Shown here piece by piece: positions 39,384 through 49,377 of a stretch of DNA of 64,000 bases; position 1 is the first letter of the stretch; every line of letters begins with the position of its first letter. A model generated the notes under the pieces. It had not been told where the DNA came from. It searched no databases and saw nothing but the letters and a program-made list of their open reading frames with translations. Both the position numbers and the translations under genes were made by a program. The DNA is taken from positions 11,006 through 75,005 of the forward strand of contig MFUG01000013.1 in NCBI GenBank assembly GCA_001785615.1, given 5' to 3'. Source of the stretch: Candidatus Nomurabacteria bacterium RIFCSPHIGHO2_02_FULL_42_19. GTDB lineage: Bacteria; Patescibacteriota; Minisyncoccia; Phycocordibacterales; UBA9973.

Positions 39384-40040
39384 ATGAAAAAACACTTAAA
39401 ACCATTTGTATTTTTAGTAGTATTGGGCTTGATGCTTTCAAGCCCCACAGCCAGAGCGGAAGACAACGGTGACGCGGAAGATAATGACGGCAATAATAAT
39501 AGTAGACCAATTTTTAATCAGTTAATAAAAACTGACCGAGAAGCATTTAGGGAAAAAGTTAAAACTGAAAGAAGGGACTTTGTTGAAAAATTAAAGACCG
39601 ATCGCGAAAAATTTAGGTCCGAAGTTAGAATAAAAAAAGAGGAATTCAGGTCAGCCAGTAAAGAAAGAAAGGCAGAATTTCGAAGCAGGGCCAGAGAGAT
39701 GCTGAGCCAAAGATTTGAAGTGGTTGTTGCCAATCTTGAAAAGATTCAGGCCCGAGTTGGTGAAATAATTGAAAAATTAAAGGCAGATGGCAAAGACACT
39801 GAAGATGCGGAGAGTTACTTGGATTTATCTGAGCAAAAATTAGAGGCGGCGAAAGATAAAGTGGCTGAAATCAAGGCCCTAATTCCTGACACGGACGAGA
39901 AAGTCACCCCGGAAGTATTTGAACAAATTAAACTCCTAGCCAGAGAAGCCAAGGACTTGCTGAAGGAGTCCCACAGCGCTCTTCGAGATGCAATTAAAGA
40001 AATAAAGGATTTAAGGGGTGAAGATAATATTACAAACTAA
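39384..40040 (+). CDS. Secreted charged repeat / coiled-coil protein
   Basis: Signal peptide MKKHLKPFVFLVVLGLMLSSPTARA, then ~11-residue K/E/R-rich repeats (KTDREAFREKVKTERRDFVEKLKTDREKFRSEV...). Start moved to the internal ATG. Confidence 0.55.
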   Translation: MKKHLKPFVFLVVLGLMLSSPTARAEDNGDAEDNDGNNNSRPIFNQLIKTDREAFREKVKTERRDFVEKLKTDREKFRSEVRIKKEEFRSASKERKAEFRSRAREMLSQRFEVVVANLEKIQARVGEIIEKLKADGKDTEDAESYLDLSEQKLEAAKDKVAEIKALIPDTDEKVTPEVFEQIKLLAREAKDLLKESHSALRDAIKEIKDLRGEDNITN

Positions 40041-40051
40041 TTTTCAAAACC

Positions 40052-40261
40052 ATGGAACCAGAACAAAAAACAAACGGCGCGCTAATTGGTTCAGTTATCA
40101 TAATAATAATCTTGATCGTTGGCGGGATTTTCCTTTGGAAAACCAGCTTAAAAGAGAGACCAGTGCCAACTGATGAGGGTAGTACTTCGGAGGACGATAC
40201 GGCAAGCATGGAAGCAGAATTAAACGCTATGGATTTAGAGAATCTGGATGGGGGTATCTAA
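40052..40261 (+). CDS. Small single-pass membrane protein
   Basis: 69 aa with one TM helix (ALIGSVIIIIILIVGGIFLW) and an acidic tail. Abuts tig. Confidence 0.4.
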   Translation: MEPEQKTNGALIGSVIIIIILIVGGIFLWKTSLKERPVPTDEGSTSEDDTASMEAELNAMDLENLDGGI

Positions 40262-41299
40262 ATGAAAATCACAGTCAAGAAATTACCAAAAAGCGAAATA
40301 GAAATTGAGGGTGAGCTAGAAAGTGAATTATTGGAAAACTATTACTCTCCGGCGCTTAAAAAAATGGGTGCCACTTTAGAGCTCCCTGGTTTTAGAAAGG
40401 GTAAAATACCAAATAACGTCCTTGTTTCTAAAGTTGGAGACATGCGGATTTTGGAAGAGATGGCCGAGCTGGCGCTTTCGGAATACTATCCAAAGATAAT
40501 AGAGCAGGAAAAATTAGATGTAGTTGGCCGACCGGAAATTTCTATTACTAAGTTAGCCCGGAAAAATCCTCTTGGTTTTAAGATTAAAACCGCTGTGTTG
40601 CCGGAAATTAAATTACCTGATTATAAAAAAATCGCCAAAAAAGTGCTTGGAGGGATTACGGAAGCGGAAAAAAGGGTAACAGTATCGGATGAAGACGTAG
40701 AAAACACCATTATGGATATTAGAAAATCCCGCGCGCCGAAAAAGCATGTAACGGAAGAAGCAAAAGAAGCAGAAAAAGAAGAGTTGCCAGAATTAAATGA
40801 TGCTTTTGTGCAAACGCTCGGACCCTTCAAAGGTGTGGCGGATTTTAAGGTTAAACTGCGAGAAAATATAAAACTGGAAAAAGAAAATCAAGTGAAAGAA
40901 AAAACCCGACTGAAAATTATTGAGAAAATAATAGAAGATACGGAAGTGGAAACGCCAGAAATTTTAATTGAAGCAGAGCTGAGTAAAATCATGTATCGAA
41001 TGGAGTCCGACATTACCCAGATGGGGCTAAAATTTGAGGATTATTTGAAACATTTAAATAAAACCATAGCGGACTTAAGAAAAGAATTTAGAAACGACGC
41101 AGAAAAGAAAACCAAGCTCGGGCTTGTGTTAAACGAGATCGCTAAGACAGAAAAAATTGTCGCGGATGAAACCGAAGTGGCAAAAGAAGTGGCGCATATA
41201 CTAGAGCACTATAAGGATGCGGACCCCGAGCGAGCTCGCATGCACGCCGAAAATGTTCTCACGAACGAGAAAATCTTTCAGTTTTTGGAAACGCAGTAA
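40262..41299 (+). CDS. tig: Trigger factor (short form)
   Basis: N-terminal ribosome-binding domain with the GFRKGKIP signature. 345 aa. Confidence 0.8.
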   Translation: MKITVKKLPKSEIEIEGELESELLENYYSPALKKMGATLELPGFRKGKIPNNVLVSKVGDMRILEEMAELALSEYYPKIIEQEKLDVVGRPEISITKLARKNPLGFKIKTAVLPEIKLPDYKKIAKKVLGGITEAEKRVTVSDEDVENTIMDIRKSRAPKKHVTEEAKEAEKEELPELNDAFVQTLGPFKGVADFKVKLRENIKLEKENQVKEKTRLKIIEKIIEDTEVETPEILIEAELSKIMYRMESDITQMGLKFEDYLKHLNKTIADLRKEFRNDAEKKTKLGLVLNEIAKTEKIVADETEVAKEVAHILEHYKDADPERARMHAENVLTNEKIFQFLETQ

Positions 41300-41364
41300 T
41301 GCTGGCAGTAGGTCAATATTTTGTAAAGTTGGTAATTCTAGCATATGCGGAAATTACTCACTTT

Positions 41365-42339
41365 TTACTTATACCCAAGAATTTTCGCTCCGTTGGTAGA
41401 AGCAATTTCAACGAGCGCGTCAAGGTTGTAATATCGGCAGGCCTCCTGCATCAAACGCAATTCCGTCCACATATCCCCGTCCACAAATGGCTCATAGAAG
41501 TCCGCAATGTTGTCCACGCCCAGGCCTACCAGTACCCCTGCCTCCAGCATTTCTGGTACATTGGCAATGGAATTATGTACTGGCGCTGTGTGCTGATCTA
41601 GCTGACGCATAGAAAGAGCAGCCGAAGGACACACGGCAACCGCGATACCGAGTTCCGCCATTTCTTTATAAATTTTCATGCGATATTCTTTCGGCTGGGC
41701 CGAAGTGGAGATAGCATGCACGGCTACCGTTCGGCCTTGGTAGCCGTAACGTTTTACCGCCTCAATTAATTTCTCCGTATCGCGTTCATCCGGGTTATTT
41801 TCCTGGTCAATGTGCACGTGGATTGGTTTATTTAATTTTTTAGCAATTTCAAAAAGATAGTCCAAATGTTTCGTATCATCCGGCCGATCCTTGGACGGTA
41901 GTCCGCCGGCAATGTCCGCTTTGGCTGTAATTTCTTCGTAAAGAGCGCGAGCTTTATCGTCCACCAACCCGCCTAAAGGTTGAGTAATAGTAAGTAAAGT
42001 AATTTTATCTTTATATTCGAGTTTTACTTCGTTGGCCGCGTCTATCGCCTTGTGCCCAACGGCGTCATAAGCATCCACGAAAGTGCAAGTTAGTTTGCAT
42101 CCTTGTTTAATCAAGCCGTCGAGGGCTCTTTTTATTCTCTCTTTTATCTCGGGCACCGTGGCCGCCCGTTTTATACCATCACTCATACGCCACTTTTCTT
42201 CCATACTAACCATGGACTTATCTAAACCTTCACGGGTAATGTAATAGGCCTTGTCAAAATGTGCGTGGCAGTTCACAAATCCGCCATTTTTTTTGATGGC
42301 CTCAAGCATTTGTGTTTTTAAGTCCCAAGGTTTATGCAT
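41365..42339 (-). CDS. Amidohydrolase-superfamily deaminase, cytosine-deaminase-like
   Basis: Metal-ligand motifs HAHFD, IHVHIDQ, VAVHAIS and VGLGVDNIADFYEP parallel CodA-type deaminases. Confidence 0.6.
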   Translation of the reverse strand: MHKPWDLKTQMLEAIKKNGGFVNCHAHFDKAYYITREGLDKSMVSMEEKWRMSDGIKRAATVPEIKERIKRALDGLIKQGCKLTCTFVDAYDAVGHKAIDAANEVKLEYKDKITLLTITQPLGGLVDDKARALYEEITAKADIAGGLPSKDRPDDTKHLDYLFEIAKKLNKPIHVHIDQENNPDERDTEKLIEAVKRYGYQGRTVAVHAISTSAQPKEYRMKIYKEMAELGIAVAVCPSAALSMRQLDQHTAPVHNSIANVPEMLEAGVLVGLGVDNIADFYEPFVDGDMWTELRLMQEACRYYNLDALVEIASTNGAKILGYK

Positions 42340-43522
42340 ATTTTTCTTTTATTTCTTGGTAGGCCTCCCTCCAATTTTTACCCTTTTTAACTAACTTCAG
42401 GGCTAGGTCGGTGGCGTAAAGTTCTGGACTGCAGGCATTTTCCAAATTTTTTTTCTTGGCTTCTAAATTTTTGATGACCAGGGTCATGACTTCGATGGTT
42501 TCAAGCGCAAGTTTCATGCCTTTTATATACGGCTCTTTGGTGAGCTGAAAATCCCTGTTATATCCGGCCATTAAGGCCTTTATCACATTCTCTATTTGAT
42601 GTTGGTAGCCATTGAAGATGCCGATATTCCCCCTGATTAGTTCCAACACGTCATAATTCTTCTTCTGGGGCATAATGCTGGAGCCCGTCTTAAAAGAGTC
42701 CGGCAGGGTAAAAAAATTAAATTCTTTAGTAGTGAAGAGAAGTAGGTCATTCGCGATTTTACCAAGATCAAACATCACACCTCCGACGGATTGTAAAATA
42801 ATGTTCTCAAATTTCCCGCGAGACATGGCGCAATACATTGGATTGTCCTGAATTTTCTTAAAACCCAATTCTTTAGTGGTAAATTTTCTATCCAAGCCAA
42901 GAATTTTTTCGCCGTAGCCAGCCGCGGAGCCGAGAGGGTTCTGGTCTGTCACTTTCCTCACCGCTTCAAGTAAAATTAGGTCGTCTTTTAAGCTGTCATG
43001 GTAGGAACCGAGCCACATCCCCACCGAGCTAGGCATGGCTCTCTGCATATGAGTATAGCCAGGCATTTTTATTTTACCTTGTTTTTTTATTTGCTGGGCT
43101 AGTGTTTTAATTAAATTTTCTACTTTCTTTTCAACTTCTAACAATTTTTCTTTACTGAAAAGACGCGTCATGGTTAAGGACTGATCATTGCGGGAGCGTC
43201 CAGTGTGAACTTTCTTGCCTACTTCACCGTAATTTTCTGTCAGGTAGGCCTCAATGGCGGTATGGCCGTCTTCTTGGGACTTATCAATTTTGAATGATCC
43301 CCTCTTCCAGAGCGACAAGATTTTATTTAGTCCATTTATCAATAATTTGAGTTCTTTGTCATTTAATATTTTTATTTTGCGTAACATTTTAGCATGAGCC
43401 ATTGTGCCCTTTATGTCGTAAGACAAGAGTTCTAAGTCGAGCAGATAGTCAACCCCGACAGTGTAGTTTTCCACCACGCTGTTGGTCTTGGTCCCTCCTT
43501 TTTTATCCCATAGTTTTTTCAT
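42332..43522 (-). CDS. argH: Argininosuccinate lyase (fumarate-lyase superfamily)
   Basis: TGRSRNDQ and the signature GSSIMPQKKNYD. Confidence 0.75.
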   Translation of the reverse strand: MKKLWDKKGGTKTNSVVENYTVGVDYLLDLELLSYDIKGTMAHAKMLRKIKILNDKELKLLINGLNKILSLWKRGSFKIDKSQEDGHTAIEAYLTENYGEVGKKVHTGRSRNDQSLTMTRLFSKEKLLEVEKKVENLIKTLAQQIKKQGKIKMPGYTHMQRAMPSSVGMWLGSYHDSLKDDLILLEAVRKVTDQNPLGSAAGYGEKILGLDRKFTTKELGFKKIQDNPMYCAMSRGKFENIILQSVGGVMFDLGKIANDLLLFTTKEFNFFTLPDSFKTGSSIMPQKKNYDVLELIRGNIGIFNGYQHQIENVIKALMAGYNRDFQLTKEPYIKGMKLALETIEVMTLVIKNLEAKKKNLENACSPELYATDLALKLVKKGKNWREAYQEIKEKYA

Positions 43523-43739
43523 AGTTTTTTAGTTAATTATTCGTAGACAAAAAAATAACCCCGCGACTGGGGTTTTTAGTGGAAACAGAAAAAAGCGTTC
43601 GGGTGTAGCACTTATGAAACTTTTTACCTAGACAGCACATTAGGTAAGATGGTAGCACCCTGCCACTGATGGAGCAAGTGGAAAACTTTGAGATAAATTT
43701 ATTACTTGAAAAATTTCTAAAAAGGTATAATATATAAAT

Positions 43740-44339
43740 ATGTTAATACCTACGGTTATAGAAAAATCGCAGTTCGGGGAGAGAGCTTATGATATTTACT
43801 CTCGCCTTTTGCGCGAGCGCATTATATTCTTGGGCGGTCCGATTGACGACAATACGGCCAATATCATCATTGCCCAGCTTCTTTTCCTGGAGTCCGAAGA
43901 CCCGAAGAAAGACGTCTTCCTTTACATAAATTCTCCGGGCGGTTCGGTCACCTCTACCATGGCCATAGTGGACACCATGAACCATGTGCGTCCGGATATT
44001 TCTACTTTTTGTGTGGGCTTAGCGGCCTCCGGCGGAGCAATTATTCTCTCCGCTGGTAAAAAGGGCAAACGCTATATCCTGCCGAATGCCGAAGTGATGA
44101 TTCATCAGCCGCTCGGCGGGGTGGAAGGTCAGGCCTCCGACATTGCCATTACGGCTAAACATATTTTGAAGACCAGAGATAATTTAAATAAATTGTTAGC
44201 GAAAAATACCGGCAAGTCCCTAGTGCAAGTAGAAAAAGACGTGGAGCGGGACTTCTTCATGGATGCCGAGGAGGCCAAAAATTATGGAATTATAGATGAA
44301 ATAGTAACGAAGTCCAAAGCCCCCGTAGCGAAATCCTAA
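43740..44339 (+). CDS. clpP: ATP-dependent Clp protease proteolytic subunit
   Basis: Catalytic triad context GLAASGG (Ser), MIHQPLGG (His). N-terminus MLIPTVIE typical of ClpP. Confidence 0.9.
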   Translation: MLIPTVIEKSQFGERAYDIYSRLLRERIIFLGGPIDDNTANIIIAQLLFLESEDPKKDVFLYINSPGGSVTSTMAIVDTMNHVRPDISTFCVGLAASGGAIILSAGKKGKRYILPNAEVMIHQPLGGVEGQASDIAITAKHILKTRDNLNKLLAKNTGKSLVQVEKDVERDFFMDAEEAKNYGIIDEIVTKSKAPVAKS

Positions 44340-44342
44340 CAA

Positions 44343-46232
44343 CTATTTTATTTCTATCGTGCCTCCCGTGTTGCCAGCCACGATGTACTCGGCGACTTTG
44401 TTTTCCACAATTTTTTCTATAGCGCGCTTAATCGGACGAGCGCCAAATTCTGGGTCAAAACCGGCTGTAGAAACTTTATCAATTAGGGCATCCGTTACTA
44501 AAAGTTTAATATTATTGTCGGCGAGTAAGCGCGCGGCTAGTTCTCGAAGGAGCAGTGAAGATATTTTTCTCGCCTGCGATTGGTCAAGCGGCCTAAAAAG
44601 AATAATGGAGCTCCATCTATTCAAAAATTCCGGGGCAAATATATTATCTTTGATTAAAGTATTAATTAACTCTTTTTTCTCAATGGAACGATTTTGAATA
44701 ATATTAATACTGCCGGCGTTCGAGGTGGCAATAATAATGGCGTTCTTAAAACTTGCTTCCCACCCACTGCCACGAGTTAGGCGACCTTCATCCAATATTT
44801 GCAAAAGCAAGTTCAGAATTAGCCGATTGGACTTCTCCAGCTCGTCAAAAAATACCAGAGACAACGGCGCCTCTTCTACGACCGAAACCAATCGATTGAC
44901 AAAGAGAGGAAGGGAATCCGGCAGAGAAAATTCACTCATGTCAAAACGAATCATGGCATCCTTGCGACCGAAATAACATTCGGCTAAAATCTTGGCCGTA
45001 TAGGTTTTACCAACTCCAGTAGGACCTAAAAAAAGAAAACTCCCAGCCGGCTTGTTGGGGTCGGCGACCCCAGAGCGTAAGCGACGAAGGGCCAGAGAGA
45101 CGTCTTCGACTGCTTCGTCTTGCCCAACAATTTTGCTTTTCATTAAACTCTCGAGCTCCACCAACACTTTCTTTTCGTCTGCGCCAATAGCGCCTATGGG
45201 GATGTTGGTCTTGTCAGATACGATTTGCCTAACATCGTCTATCGTGATTGACTTTTCTAGCGTGCGCAACTCTTCAAGAATGGCGACCGACTTGGCGGGC
45301 TCGGGTTGGTTGCCAATCAGCCGATCAGCAAGCCGTACGATCTCTTGAAGCGCTTCATCGCTAATTCTAATTTCATTCTGACGGGCATAATTAATAAGCA
45401 CCGCCATCGTGTCGGCCGGAGCTGTTTCTTCTATGCTTACTTTTTCAAATTGGGAAACAAATTCGGGGTGTTTTTTTAATACTTCATTGTAATTAAAAAA
45501 ATCCGTGATGGCCACAATGCCAAGATTGGGTAATTGCAAGTACGGCATCAGCCGTTCGTACAGGGACTCATAAGCATGGATATTTTTGAGAACCAAAATA
45601 ACATTCCCGGCCGCGGCCGCTTCTTTCAGACATTTGTCAAAATCCGGCAAGCTTAAATTTTCCAGATATAGCTCTACCACTCGATGCAGACGAATGCCCT
45701 TGAAAGAAACCCCTGACTGTCCCAGACGGCCCAGGTGGCCAACAATGGTGGATTTGCCCGTACCGGCACCGCCCAGCAGCAGCACATTGTGATTTACATT
45801 ATTAGAAAGCCCGCGTTCAATCATCCGCAGAGCTTTTTCTTTGCCGAAAAGTTTTACCCGAGGCGACCCGGCAAGCTCGCGGCTGTGCACGTTGAGCGTA
45901 TAAGTATTACCATAAGAAAGAAAAGCGCCGAAGCTTCCGAGGCCCTCTAAATATTCACGGCTAATTTTAATCGGTAGTAATAAAAAAATCGGAAAGGTTA
46001 AAAACACAACGGTGGTAAATAAAAGACCGATAATTATAAAAACAACGCGAGCGACAAACCCCAAAGTCCGCGATAATATGGCAAAAACCATTTTTTCAAA
46101 AAAAGAATAATTGCCCTTGATATCCGTATCTCTCTCCCAGGGAGCAAAAAGAGTTCCGACAAGCAGCGGAACAGAAAAAGCGTTAAAAGCGTAGGATAGA
46201 AGGTTTTTCCAGGACGTTAAGCCAGAGGGCAT
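44343..46232 (-). CDS. Clp/Hsp100-type double AAA+ ATPase with an N-terminal transmembrane region replacing the Clp_N domain
   Basis: D1 Walker A LLLGGAGTGKST. D2 FLFLGPTGVGKTYTAKILAE plus the ClpA/B/C-like D2 element IRFDMSEF. N-terminal ~100 aa contain 2-3 hydrophobic helices. Convergent with clpP. Confidence 0.65.
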   Translation of the reverse strand: MPSGLTSWKNLLSYAFNAFSVPLLVGTLFAPWERDTDIKGNYSFFEKMVFAILSRTLGFVARVVFIIIGLLFTTVVFLTFPIFLLLPIKISREYLEGLGSFGAFLSYGNTYTLNVHSRELAGSPRVKLFGKEKALRMIERGLSNNVNHNVLLLGGAGTGKSTIVGHLGRLGQSGVSFKGIRLHRVVELYLENLSLPDFDKCLKEAAAAGNVILVLKNIHAYESLYERLMPYLQLPNLGIVAITDFFNYNEVLKKHPEFVSQFEKVSIEETAPADTMAVLINYARQNEIRISDEALQEIVRLADRLIGNQPEPAKSVAILEELRTLEKSITIDDVRQIVSDKTNIPIGAIGADEKKVLVELESLMKSKIVGQDEAVEDVSLALRRLRSGVADPNKPAGSFLFLGPTGVGKTYTAKILAECYFGRKDAMIRFDMSEFSLPDSLPLFVNRLVSVVEEAPLSLVFFDELEKSNRLILNLLLQILDEGRLTRGSGWEASFKNAIIIATSNAGSINIIQNRSIEKKELINTLIKDNIFAPEFLNRWSSIILFRPLDQSQARKISSLLLRELAARLLADNNIKLLVTDALIDKVSTAGFDPEFGARPIKRAIEKIVENKVAEYIVAGNTGGTIEIK

Positions 46233-46458
46233 TTTTATATTCTAACACATATGGACAAGTCATTAGTAATCTGCTATACTTCATTCGTTGAAATTTACAA
46301 ATTATTTTCGCTTAACTTACGTCGGTTTATAGGAATATCCATATATTATGAAGTGTTCAAGAAAAAATCTAAGAGGAAATTTTCAAATCTTTAGAAAAAT
46401 CGCTCAAAAAGAACCGCAAATATAGTGGCTTGTTCTTATAAGTCGGGGTCACGGACTT

Positions 46459-47988
46459 ATGGGATTAACAATAATAACTCTAATCGGGGCTCTAGTGCTC
46501 CTTTTGGGCATAGGCATTGGGTATTATTTGCGCTTAATTATCGCGCTCGGGAAAAGGCGTTCTATTGAAATTGACATTAAGCAGATGATGGTTGCGGCCA
46601 AGGAAGAAGCGCAGAGAATCACGGACGAAGCAAAGAAAAAGTCGGAGAGAGACCTGGCTACCTTAAAAGAGGAAGAGAAAAAGAAGGAACAAGAGTTCAA
46701 AGAAACGGAAAAACGTCTTATTAAAAAAGACGAGTTTTTGGACGCCAGGCAAGTTGAAATAGATAAAGAAGTTGAGAATATAAAATTGAAAGTTGAAGAA
46801 ATAAAAAGAATTCAAGAAAAGGTTTCTAAAATAGAAGAGGAAAAAGCAAGCCAGCTGGAGAGAGTGGCGCGGCTTTCCCAGGAAGAAGCTAAGGAAGAGC
46901 TTCTAAAAGAAGTGGAAAAAAAGTATGAAGAGGATATTTTAAGCAGAATGCAAAAGTTGGAAAACACCAACGAGGAAAAGCTGGACCGAAGGGCGAAAGA
47001 TATTCTGGCCACCAGCATTCAGCGCCTGGCTTCTAGTACCGCCTCGGAATTAATGACTACGGTGGTATCAATTCCAAATAACGAAATCAAGGGCAAAATT
47101 ATCGGCAAAGAAGGCAGAAATATAAGGGCTTTTGAACGGGCCGCCGGAGTAGAACTCATCGTGGATGACACTCCCGGCTCTATTGTTATCTCTTCTTTTG
47201 ACCCGATCAGGCGGCAAGTAGCGCGCCTGGCGTTGGAGAATTTAATCTTAGATGGGCGCATTCAGCCGGCTAAAATTGAAGAACTGGTAGAAAAAGCGAA
47301 AGAAGAGATAAATAAAATAATCAAAGAGAAAGGTGAGCAGGCGGTGTATGAATGCGGAATCTTTAACTTTGATCCGCGCATTGTGGCTATCATCGGGCGG
47401 CTATACTTCCGCACTAGCTATGGACAAAACGTGCTTCAGCATTCCATTGAGATGGCGCACATTGCCGGCATGCTGGCGGAGGAACTTGGCGCGGATGTTG
47501 CCATTGCAAAAGCGGGGGCTTTGGTGCACGACATCGGCAAGGCGCTGGACCATGAAGTGCAAGGCACGCATATAGAGATAGGTATGCGCATACTGCAGAA
47601 GTTCGGCGCGGACGAAAAGATTATTACCGCCATGAAGAGCCATCATGAGGACTATCCATATGAAACAATAGAGTCCGTTATTGTGCAAACTGCGGACTCC
47701 ATTTCCGGTGGCCGCCCTGGAGCCCGCCGCGACTCCGTAGAAAACTACTTGAAACGTTTGAAGGAGCTGGAAGCATTGGTAAATGCCTTCCCGTCAGTGG
47801 AAAAATCCTACGCCCTGCAGGCCGGCCGTGAAATACGCATCTTCGTCACCCCGGAGAAAATTTCGGACGCCGAAGCCAAGCTCATGGCTCGCGATATTGC
47901 CATGAAAATAGAGCAAGAATTGAAATATCCCGGTGAAATCAAGGTCACTTTGATAAGGGAGACCCGGGTAATCGAGTATGCTAGATAA
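46459..47988 (+). CDS. rny: Ribonuclease Y
   Basis: N-terminal TM anchor, long coiled-coil, KH domain (GKIIGKEGRNIRAFE), HD domain (HSIEMAHIAG...LVHDIGK). Confidence 0.9.
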   Translation: MGLTIITLIGALVLLLGIGIGYYLRLIIALGKRRSIEIDIKQMMVAAKEEAQRITDEAKKKSERDLATLKEEEKKKEQEFKETEKRLIKKDEFLDARQVEIDKEVENIKLKVEEIKRIQEKVSKIEEEKASQLERVARLSQEEAKEELLKEVEKKYEEDILSRMQKLENTNEEKLDRRAKDILATSIQRLASSTASELMTTVVSIPNNEIKGKIIGKEGRNIRAFERAAGVELIVDDTPGSIVISSFDPIRRQVARLALENLILDGRIQPAKIEELVEKAKEEINKIIKEKGEQAVYECGIFNFDPRIVAIIGRLYFRTSYGQNVLQHSIEMAHIAGMLAEELGADVAIAKAGALVHDIGKALDHEVQGTHIEIGMRILQKFGADEKIITAMKSHHEDYPYETIESVIVQTADSISGGRPGARRDSVENYLKRLKELEALVNAFPSVEKSYALQAGREIRIFVTPEKISDAEAKLMARDIAMKIEQELKYPGEIKVTLIRETRVIEYAR

Positions 47989-48162
47989 ATAGAGGATTTT
48001 AGGGCCCTGCCCCGCACCAAGTTGTAAACTTTGGTATGGGGTTGCTCTTGAAATCCCCTTGATATATAATGCAGGAGAACTACAAAGGTAGTAATTTTAT
48101 AAGCAATTGGCCTCCGCCACGGCGGGGCAAGGTCGAGATATTACAAAAATCACTAAAAATAT

Positions 48163-48435
48163 ATGAATAAACAAGCATTAGCGGAGTGGGTACACGGAAA
48201 GCTTGGCGGTACAAAGGTCCAAGCAGAGGAAATCGTCGACGGATTGTTTGGCGCTATCATTGATACCTTGAAAAAGGGCGGTGAGGTCTCAATCGCCGGC
48301 TTCGGAATCTTTTCCGTAAAACAGAGAGCGGCTCGCATGGCTCGCAATCCAAAGACCGGAGAGCAGGTCAAAGTAGCAGCCAAGAAAGTTCCAAAATTCC
48401 GAGCAGCCAAAGGTTTGAAGGACACGATTGCCTAA
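48163..48435 (+). CDS. hup: DNA-binding protein HU
   Basis: 90 aa with the beta-arm motif GFGIFSVKQRAARMARNPKTGE. Confidence 0.9.
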   Translation: MNKQALAEWVHGKLGGTKVQAEEIVDGLFGAIIDTLKKGGEVSIAGFGIFSVKQRAARMARNPKTGEQVKVAAKKVPKFRAAKGLKDTIA

Positions 48436-48470
48436 ATTTCTGTTCGCCTCTGGCGGATTCTCTCGATATA

Positions 48471-48500
48471 AAAACAAAACCCCGAAAGGGGTTTTGTTTT
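48471..48500. terminator. Bidirectional rho-independent terminator between hup and lexA
   Basis: aaaacaaaaCCCCgaaaGGGGttttgtttt. Perfect GC stem flanked by A- and T-runs on both strands. Confidence 0.85.
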
Positions 48501-48515
48501 GGAATTTATAAAAAT

Positions 48516-49082
48516 TTAGTATTTCCTAATAACCGCTTTCAAAACCGCGATCACATTTAAGCTATGCTCCGGGTATATCGGCTTGTAGTTCTCATTGGCT
48601 GGTTCTAGCCAGGCCTTACTCCCTTGTTTACGAAAATATTTCATAGTGTACTCGCCGTCCACTTCCGCTATTACAATTTGCCTATCACGAGCCGTGTTGC
48701 ACCGCTCCACTAGCACCATATCTCCCTTTTCTATGTGCGCGTCAATCATGGAGTCCCCATCCACCTCCAACATGTATGTAAATTCTTTCTTGCCTACCAG
48801 CATTTCATCCAAGGAGACAGTGTCCGCCAATTCTTCATCTACCGTAGCTGGCAGTCCCGCTGTTACGAGCCCGAGCATCGGCACTTCCCCGAAAGAGTCC
48901 GTGGGCACTAGCCGGCCCAAGTGATCCTTCTCCACCAGCCCTGCCTCCACCATCTTCCCCACAATCTTAAAAACGGCATTCTTGGATTTGAAACCGAAAA
49001 TCCTCAGCATCTCCGAATATGTCGGCATACGATTTTCTTCTTTATAAAATGACTCTATCTTGGTCTGGTAAGGACTACGCAT
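48516..49082 (-). CDS. lexA: LexA-family SOS repressor (S24 peptidase)
   Basis: N-terminal wHTH and C-terminal self-cleavage domain. Catalytic Ser in GDSM and Lys in MKYFRK. Ala-Gly cleavage site VTAG. Confidence 0.85.
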   Translation of the reverse strand: MRSPYQTKIESFYKEENRMPTYSEMLRIFGFKSKNAVFKIVGKMVEAGLVEKDHLGRLVPTDSFGEVPMLGLVTAGLPATVDEELADTVSLDEMLVGKKEFTYMLEVDGDSMIDAHIEKGDMVLVERCNTARDRQIVIAEVDGEYTMKYFRKQGSKAWLEPANENYKPIYPEHSLNVIAVLKAVIRKY

Positions 49083-49290
49083 AGATGTTTCGAATATCCT
49101 TACGGAAGAATAAGTGAATCATTCTTTGCGCGAAACTCTTGCGATTCAGATAGCGCATGCGGCGAAGCATGAGGCGGTGGTCTCGAGCTTCCCTGCTATA
49201 ATTCTCTCCGCGTATTATTTTATGATCAATAATTTTATTGATCTTCTGTATCTCCTTCTCTAACATTTTTAAGTATTGTGATTGTGACAT
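49075..49290 (-). CDS. Small basic protein co-transcribed upstream of lexA
   Basis: 71-aa ORF overlapping the lexA start by 8 nt. Lies directly downstream of the SOS promoter. No motif recognised. Confidence 0.4.
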   Translation of the reverse strand: MSQSQYLKMLEKEIQKINKIIDHKIIRGENYSREARDHRLMLRRMRYLNRKSFAQRMIHLFFRKDIRNIYA

Positions 49291-49347
49291 ATATTTTAAA
49301 AAGCTGATAGCTATTAGCTAACTAGCTGATTAGCTTGTAATCTATTT

Positions 49348-49377
49348 AGTATAAGTGAACGAGCGTTCACCTGTCAA
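49348..49377 (-). promoter_or_regulatory. Sigma-70-type promoter (TTGACA-N18-TATACT) with a LexA/Cheo-type SOS box (GAAC-N4-GTTC) at 49355-49370 embedded in the spacer
   Basis: Minus-strand reading is cagTTGACAggtgaacgctcgttcacTTATACTaaat. The 16-bp near-palindrome gtgaacgagcgttcac fits the Gram-positive-type LexA box consensus CGAACnnnnGTTCG. Confidence 0.75.

Noticed and set aside
43700-43739. Sigma-70-like promoter (ttactt-N17-tataat) for clpP
   Set aside because: The -10 element ends only 8 nt before the ATG. That would require a leaderless mRNA, which is plausible but not supportable from sequence alone, so it is not listed as a feature.
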